DNA of 64,000 bases from an uncultured Actinomycetes bacterium (GTDB lineage: Bacteria > Actinomycetota > Thermoleophilia > Gaiellales > Gaiellaceae). Of this stretch, positions 58,003-64,000 are shown one piece after another. The translations under genes were made by a program, and so were the position numbers. Location of the stretch: the NCBI GenBank assembly GCA_963747125.1, contig CAVVEN010000007.1, positions 16,287 through 80,286 of the forward strand. The letters run 5' to 3'. Below the pieces are notes generated by a model that saw only the letters and a list, made by a program, of their open reading frames with translations, made no database searches and was not told where the DNA came from. Numbering within the stretch: position 1 is the first letter of the stretch; each line of letters begins with the position of its first letter.

Positions 58003-59364
58003 GCGAGCTCGTCAACGACGTCCACTCCCGCCTGAACCCGACCGCGGTCGCGCAGGTCGTGCGGCCGCGGTCGCTCGAAGAGCTGCAGGCGGCCGTTCGC
58101 GGGGCCGCGACGCGCCACGCGTCGCTCGCGCTCGTGCGGCGGCCGCCACGCGATGGGCGGCCAGCAGTTCTGCGCAGGCGGCACGCTCGTCGACACGACC
58201 GGGCTCTCCGGCGTCCTGTCGCTCGACCTCGACCGCGGCCTCGTCGAGGTCGAGGCCGGGATCCAGTGGCCGGCGCTGATCGACGCGCTCGCGGACACGC
58301 GGTGGTCGATCAGGCAGAAGCAGACCGGCGCGGACGACTTCTCCCTCGGCGGCGCGGTCTCCGCCAACGTCCACGGGCGCGGGCTCACGCTCGCGCCGCT
58401 CGTCGCCGACGTCGAGCGACTCGTGCTCGTCGGCGCAGACGGCGAAGCACGCACCTGCTCGCGCACCGAGCATCCGGAGCTCTTCCGGCTCGTCTGCGGC
58501 GGCTACGGGCTGTTCGGCGCCGTCTACTCGGTCACGCTGCGGCTCGTCTCAGCGACGCTGGCTCGAGCGCGTCGTCGAGCTCGTTCGGGCGGACGACCTG
58601 ATGGCGCGCTTCGAGGAGCGGATTGCCGCCGGCTACCTCTACGGCGACTTCCAGTTCGAGATCGATCCCGCTTCGGCCGGCTTCCTGCGCCACGGCGTCT
58701 TCTCCTGCTACCGACCCGTGGTCGACGCGAGACCGCTCGACGTGCCGGCCGCCCTGAGCGTCGAGCAGTGGGACGCGCTCCTCAGGCTCGCCCACACCGA
58801 CAAGGCGCGTGCCTTCGACGCTCTACGCCGAGCACTACCTCCGGACATCGGGCCAGGTCTACCTCTCCGACCGGCATCAGCTCGGCCACCTACGTTCCCG
58901 GCTACCACTGGGACGGGTCGAGCGAGATGATCAGCGAGCTGTACGTGCCGCGGCCGGCGCTCGACGAGTTCCTCTCGGCGGCGGCGCGGTCGCTGCGCGC
59001 ACACGAGGCGGACGTCGTCTACGGCACCGTCCGGCTGGTCGAGCGCGACGACGAGACCGTGCTTGCATGGGCGCGCGAACCGTGGGCATGCATCGGTGCG
59101 TCAACCTCCACGTCGAGCACGACCCGGTGTCCGTTGGTCGCGCCGCGGACGCCTTCCGCGCGCTGATCGACGTCGCGCTCGGGCTCGGCGGCTCGCTACT
59201 ACCTGACCTACCACCGCTGGGCGAGGCGCGACCAGCTCGAAGCGGCGTACCCGCGCATCCACGAGCTCGTGCGCGCGAAGCAGGCCCACGATCGGGACGG
59301 CGTCTTCGCGAGCGACTGGTACCGGCACCTGCTCCGCGTGCTCGACCTGCGGGAAGCGGCATGA
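57999..59364 (+). CDS. FAD-binding oxidoreductase (VAO/PCMH; DprE1/ALO-like) with about six frameshifts
   Basis: NDVHSRLN, GGRHAMGGQQF, VEAGIQW, GGAVSANVHG, GGYGLFG, YYLTYHRWA, KQAHDRDGVFASDWY spread over several frames. Confidence 0.78.
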
Positions 59365-60824
59365 GCGCGTCGAGCCTCAAGGCCGCGCTCGTGATCGCGA
59401 CGACGGCCGGCGTTCCCGGCGCGTGCGCTCTGGCGCGCGTCGCAACTCGAGAGCCGCGCATCGAGGAAACGGAGGTCGGCGGCGTCCCGGCCACGGTGGC
59501 GATGCCCGCGCGCGGCGGGCCGTGGCCCGCCGCCCTCGTGCTCAACGGGGCGACGCCGCTCGGCAACCACCACCGCGCGGTGCAGCGCCTGGCCGCGAGC
59601 CTTGCGCGCGCGGGATACCTCGCCGTGCTCCCCGAGTTGCCGGGGCTCGAGGAGGGCGAAGTCGATACGAAGACGGCCGAGGCGACTGTTCGGGTCGGAG
59701 CGGCGACCGCTGCACGATCCGATGTCCGGGCGGGCCGCGTCGCGCTGCTCGGCGTCTCGACCGGTGCAGGGCTGGCGCTCATCGCCGCCGACGACGAGCG
59801 CCTGCGCGGCAGGATCTCGGTCGTCGCGGGAGTCGCGCCGTTCGCCGACCTGCGACTCGTCCTGCGCCTCGCGACGACAGGGGTCTACGAGCGCGACGGC
59901 CAGCTCGCCCCCTACCGGACAGTCCCGCTGCTCGGGCGCGTCGTCGCGCGCTCGCTGGCCGCCTCGCTGACGCCGGGCGCCGATCGCGACCTGCTCCTCG
60001 CCTGGCTGCCCGCAAGCGGCGAGGAACGCGATCCTCTGGCCCCGCTCCCGTCCGATCTCTACGCGCGGCTGGGGCCGAACGGACGCGCGGTTGCCGACCT
60101 GCTCGCGAACCGCGACCCGGGGCGCTTCGACGGGCTCTTCGAGGCACTGCCGAGCGGCGCGCACGAGCTCGTGGCCCTGCTCTCTCCGGCGCGGCGGCAG
60201 CTCGCGATCGACGCTCCCGTCGAGCTCGTGACCGCGCCCGACGACGGCTACTTCCCGCTCGGCGAGGCAGAGCAGCTCGCAGCGGCGCTCCCGACCTCCC
60301 GGCTCACCGTGACGTCGGCCCTCGAGCACGTGCGATTGCGCACGACGCCGCGCGCCGTCCGCGACCTGCTCGGGCTCGGAGGGGCGGCGATCAGGTCGCT
60401 GCGCGCGGCGGCGGCCACCACCAGCGCACCGCGGAGCTCCCGCGACGTCAGGCAGCCGCTCCGGTTCGTGGCGGTCGGTAGCGGCGGGTACGGCGTCAAC
60501 CTGCTCGTGTTCGCGGCGCTGTACGCCGCGGGCATCTCCTACGCGGCCTCGGCCGTCGCCGCATACCTCCTCGCAAACGGCCTGATGTACCTCGGCAACC
60601 GCTACTACACGTTCCGCCTCGGACACGACGGGCTGCTGCGGGGATACCTCCGCTACGTCGTCGTCGGCCTGCTCGTGGTGGCGCTCAACGTCGTGCTGCT
60701 CGCCGGTCTCGTCGAGGGAGCGGGCCTCGACCCGCGCCTCGGCCAAGCGCTCTCGCTCCTCGCGCTGACGCCGGTCGCCTTCGTCGTGAACAAGCGATGG
60801 ACGTTCCAGCTCGCGAGCGCGTGA
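59361..60824 (+). CDS. Alpha/beta hydrolase fused to a C-terminal GtrA domain
   Basis: GVSTG nucleophile, DDGYFP, LEHV; then LRFVAVG..NRYYTF..FVVNKRWTF. Confidence 0.78.
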   Translation: MSASSLKAALVIATTAGVPGACALARVATREPRIEETEVGGVPATVAMPARGGPWPAALVLNGATPLGNHHRAVQRLAASLARAGYLAVLPELPGLEEGEVDTKTAEATVRVGAATAARSDVRAGRVALLGVSTGAGLALIAADDERLRGRISVVAGVAPFADLRLVLRLATTGVYERDGQLAPYRTVPLLGRVVARSLAASLTPGADRDLLLAWLPASGEERDPLAPLPSDLYARLGPNGRAVADLLANRDPGRFDGLFEALPSGAHELVALLSPARRQLAIDAPVELVTAPDDGYFPLGEAEQLAAALPTSRLTVTSALEHVRLRTTPRAVRDLLGLGGAAIRSLRAAAATTSAPRSSRDVRQPLRFVAVGSGGYGVNLLVFAALYAAGISYAASAVAAYLLANGLMYLGNRYYTFRLGHDGLLRGYLRYVVVGLLVVALNVVLLAGLVEGAGLDPRLGQALSLLALTPVAFVVNKRWTFQLASA

Positions 60825-61342
60825 GGCCACGGCGCTCGGCGCCCACGCCGACCGTCGCGGCGCTCGTCGCGACGCTCGCGCTCGTCGCCCTCACGCTCGC
60901 GGTCGACGCGTCGGGGGACGCAGGCGATCCGCGTCGCGCCGGCGCCGTCCTCGCCGTGCTCACCGGGCTCTTCGCCGTCCGAGTGGCCGGCCAGCTCGTC
61001 GTGCTCGCCGCGCGGCCGCGTTGGCTCCCACCGATGGAGCAGTGGAATCTCCTCCCCTATCCGATCCTGCTCCCGATCCAACTCACGCTCCTCGCGCTGA
61101 TGACCGCGGTGACCGTGGATCTCGCGCGCGGCGGCGCGGCGCTGACGCCCGGCGGGCCGGCGGCCGGCTCCGTGCTCCTCGGCCTCGCCTGTGCGTATTG
61201 GGCCGCCGTGGGGGTGCGCTATGTCGTGCGCATGCTGCGCCGGCCAGCCGAGCGGTGGTTCGGCGGGACGATCCCGATCGTCTTCCACTGCGTTCTCGCG
61301 GCCTGGCTGTTCGCCCTCGGCCTCTTCCTGGTCGCAGCCTGA
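60821..61342 (+). CDS. Hypothetical membrane protein
   Basis: About five TM segments; WLPPMEQW, LPYPILLPIQ, IPIVFHCVLA. Confidence 0.7.
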   Translation: MRPRRSAPTPTVAALVATLALVALTLAVDASGDAGDPRRAGAVLAVLTGLFAVRVAGQLVVLAARPRWLPPMEQWNLLPYPILLPIQLTLLALMTAVTVDLARGGAALTPGGPAAGSVLLGLACAYWAAVGVRYVVRMLRRPAERWFGGTIPIVFHCVLAAWLFALGLFLVAA

Positions 61343-61373
61343 CCGCAGGCCCGTCGTGGTTGTCGCGCGCGGC

Positions 61374-62027
61374 TCACGAGCCTCCGCCGCGGAGGTAGGC
61401 GAGCACGGCGAGCACACGGCGGTGGTCGTCCGTGGCGGGCAGCAGGCCGAGCTTGAGGAAGATCGAGTTGACGTGCGTCTCGACCGTCTTCGGGCTGAGG
61501 AAGAGCTTCTCGCAGATCGCCCGGTTCGAGCGACCTTCGGCGATCAGGCCTAGCACCTCCCGCTCGCGCGGCGTCAGCTCGTCGAGCGGGTCGTCCTCAC
61601 GCCGGCGGCCGAGCAGCTGCGCGACCACGTCTGGGTCGACGACGGTGCCGCCGTTTGCGACGCGGCGGACGGCCGAGAGGAACTCGTCGACGTCGACGAC
61701 GCGGTCCTTGAGCAGGTAGCCGAACCCCTCGGGGCTGTCGCGGAAGAGCGTCAGGGCATGGCGGGCCTCGACGACCTGCGAGAGGACGAGCACGCCGACC
61801 TCGGGATGTCGCGCCCGGATCTCGACCGCGGCCTGCGTTCCCTCGTCCGTCTGCGTGGGCGGCATCCGCACGTCGACGATCGCGACGTCCGGCCGCTCGG
61901 TGGCAACGACGCGCTTGAGCGCGTCCGCGTCGCCGACCTGGGCCACCACCTCGAAGCCGTTGTCCGCAAGGACCCGTGCGACGCCCTCGCGCAGCAGCAC
62001 GGAGTCGTCGGCGATCACGACGCGCAT
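61374..62027 (-). CDS. NarL/LuxR response regulator
   Basis: [29 protein letters not shown]. Confidence 0.93.
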   Translation of the reverse strand: MRVVIADDSVLLREGVARVLADNGFEVVAQVGDADALKRVVATERPDVAIVDVRMPPTQTDEGTQAAVEIRARHPEVGVLVLSQVVEARHALTLFRDSPEGFGYLLKDRVVDVDEFLSAVRRVANGGTVVDPDVVAQLLGRRREDDPLDELTPREREVLGLIAEGRSNRAICEKLFLSPKTVETHVNSIFLKLGLLPATDDHRRVLAVLAYLRGGGS

Positions 62028-63781
62028 GGCAGCTCCCCGACGACGAGGGTTCCTCCCCCGGGTGGGCTCTCGATCCGCAGCCGGCCGCCGTGCGCCTCGA
62101 CCCGGTCGGTGAGGCCGCGGAGGCCCGAGCCGCCGTTCGGACTGGCGCCGCCGACGCCGTCGTCCGCGACCTCGATCACGAGCTCACCGTTCCGCCGCAC
62201 GGCGGTGATCGTGACGGATGTCGCGTCGGCGTGCTTGACCGCGTTCGCAAGCGCCTCGCAGGCGACGAAGTACGCGGCGCCCTCGATCGGCGCCGGGAGC
62301 CGCCCCTCCGGCGCCGTCAGGATCCGCACGGGCAGCGGCGTCCGGTCGGCGAGGGACTCCAGCGCCGCCGCGAGACCCTCCTCGGTGAGGATCGCCGGAT
62401 GGACGCCTCGCGCCAGCTCGCGCAGCTCGCGGACGGCGAGCTGCAGCTCGTCGACGGCGTCCGTGAGCACCTCCTCGAGCTCGGGCGGCACGTCGCCCCC
62501 GAGACGCTTCTGGGCCGCGCGGAGCTCGAGCGCGAGCGCGACGAGCCGCTGCTGGGCACCGTCGTGGATGTCCCGCTCGATCCGGCGCCGCTGCTCGTCG
62601 CCGGCCGTCACGATCCTGGCACGTGACTCCTCGACCCGGGCGAGCTGCGCCTTGAGCTCCGCCTCCAGGCGCGCGTTCTCGAGCGCGAGGCGGGCGGCGG
62701 CGCCGGCCGCCTCGATCAGCTCGGGCTCGTCGCGCAGGCTCGGATCGTGGACGATCGCGGCCAGCGGCGCCCCCTCGTTGGCGAGGTAGGTGATCGCACG
62801 GCGCTCGCGGTCGGTCGGCAGCGTGACCGCGTGGCCGTCCGCGTCGACGTAGCCGTGGCGCTCCGGCAGCCAGAACGCGATCTCGAGCGAGGGGTCGTCC
62901 ACCGCCTGCGCGAGCGCCGCCCTGAGCTCGCGCGGCGGCACGCGATCCAGGGTGCGCATCAGGTCGCCCACGTGCGCCACGGCGAGCCTCGAGGAGAGCA
63001 GTCCGGCCAGGAGCGCTATGGGCAGCGCGATCTGGCCGATCACCTGCCACCAGTAGAGGTTGTCGGCGAGCTCCGGTGGAGGAGCGAGCGGGCTCTCGCT
63101 GGGCGTGACGAACGTCAGCAGAAACTCGTAGAACGCCCGCAGCGCCGCGACGAGGGCGGCAAGCAGGATCGGCAGCAGCACTCTCCGCGCCCGGGGCGTC
63201 GCCCGGACGAACTTGCGGATCACGAGCGCGACGAAGCAGGGTGCGAGCACACCCCACATGACGAGCACGAAGCCCTTGTCGAGGATCTCGACCGCGGTGT
63301 CGCTCGTGGTCACGAGGACCTCGCTCGGCACGCCCGGGCGCACGTACTTCACGTCGGCCGAGCCGTCGTAGACAAGGAGCGTCGCGACCGGGAAGGCGAC
63401 CGCCACGGCGTACCCGGCTCGGACGAGCATGAGTTCGAGCCGGTCGGTGATCCGGCCCGTCGGGTAGGCGAGCGTGATGTGTGCGAAGAGCGCCGCGCCG
63501 AGCCAGCCGAGGGCGAAGCTCACCGTGAATGCGAGGCCGTTGTCGCTGTACTGCCACGGCCGGACGAGCCACGCGAAGCCGAAGGCGACCATCAGCGGGC
63601 CGAGGCGGTTTCCGGGGCGCCGGGACCACGCGACGAGCCCCGCGACGATGCCGGAGAGGCCGACGGCCGGCGCCGGGAGCGAGCGGAGCACGGTCTGGTG
63701 CAGGTCGTGCCGCAGCAGCCAGTAGTCGACGATCGCGAGAACGACGCCGAGCGCGAGCAACGCGAGCCGCAGACGCTTCAC
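62015..63781 (-). CDS. Membrane sensor histidine kinase (HisKA_3)
   Basis: Multi-TM N-terminus; [35 protein letters not shown]. Confidence 0.9.
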   Translation of the reverse strand: MKRLRLALLALGVVLAIVDYWLLRHDLHQTVLRSLPAPAVGLSGIVAGLVAWSRRPGNRLGPLMVAFGFAWLVRPWQYSDNGLAFTVSFALGWLGAALFAHITLAYPTGRITDRLELMLVRAGYAVAVAFPVATLLVYDGSADVKYVRPGVPSEVLVTTSDTAVEILDKGFVLVMWGVLAPCFVALVIRKFVRATPRARRVLLPILLAALVAALRAFYEFLLTFVTPSESPLAPPPELADNLYWWQVIGQIALPIALLAGLLSSRLAVAHVGDLMRTLDRVPPRELRAALAQAVDDPSLEIAFWLPERHGYVDADGHAVTLPTDRERRAITYLANEGAPLAAIVHDPSLRDEPELIEAAGAAARLALENARLEAELKAQLARVEESRARIVTAGDEQRRRIERDIHDGAQQRLVALALELRAAQKRLGGDVPPELEEVLTDAVDELQLAVRELRELARGVHPAILTEEGLAAALESLADRTPLPVRILTAPEGRLPAPIEGAAYFVACEALANAVKHADATSVTITAVRRNGELVIEVADDGVGGASPNGGSGLRGLTDRVEAHGGRLRIESPPGGGTLVVGELPCAS

Positions 63782-64000
63782 GCCCGACCTTCGAGCACCG
63801 CGGAGAGACGCTCGCCCGCCAACTCGTCCTTGGCGACGAACCCGACGGCGCCGCACCTCGAAGCGCGGCTGCCGACGTCGACCTGGTGACGGCTCGAGAT
63901 GAGGACGACGCGGGTCGCCTCGCCGATCCGCTCGCTGACCTCGAAGCCGGTCATGTCGGGGAGCCCGACATCGACGAGTGCGAGATCGGGCCGGAGCCGC
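63778..64000 (-). CDS. Single-domain response regulator, C-terminal part (start outside the window)
   Basis: Manual translation RPDLALVDVGLPDMTGFEV..VVLISS..GFVAKDEL; stop overlaps the kinase start. Confidence 0.8.
   Translation of the reverse strand, partial: RLRPDLALVDVGLPDMTGFEVSERIGEATRVVLISSRHQVDVGSRASRCGAVGFVAKDELAGERLSAVLEGRA

Overview
High-GC chromosomal segment with no CRISPR array, prophage or transposase. Gene content, many leaderless TANNNT promoters and futalosine-pathway MqnD suggest a deep-branching actinobacterium, Thermoleophilia/Gaiella-like (inference). In order: partial 2-oxoacid dehydrogenase E1-alpha, GntR, lipid kinase, PaaR/paaABCD, an unannotated Rdx/SelW selenoprotein (CxxU plus SECIS), an ABC exporter, proline racemase and two crotonases, DMT transporters, mqnD, MntR, a purine/urate catabolic operon, a histidine kinase, tRNA-Arg(GCG), ygfZ, gltB-argCJBDR divergent from a degenerate leuB-like-ilvBNC-hom-thrCB-rhodanese-ilvD operon (candidate leader peptides on both sides), otsB, a split TauE pair, an M23 peptidase, rmlACDB, SpoIID and S8 proteins, a small secreted Cys-containing peptide behind a structured leader, a MITE, a SARP-cyclase-AAA-TPR regulator, an FAD oxidase/hydrolase-GtrA operon and a two-component system. 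Several families of short palindromic repeats lie between and inside genes. Four genes carry frameshifts, probably long-read consensus errors. All product calls come from motif recognition by eye; no database searches were run.
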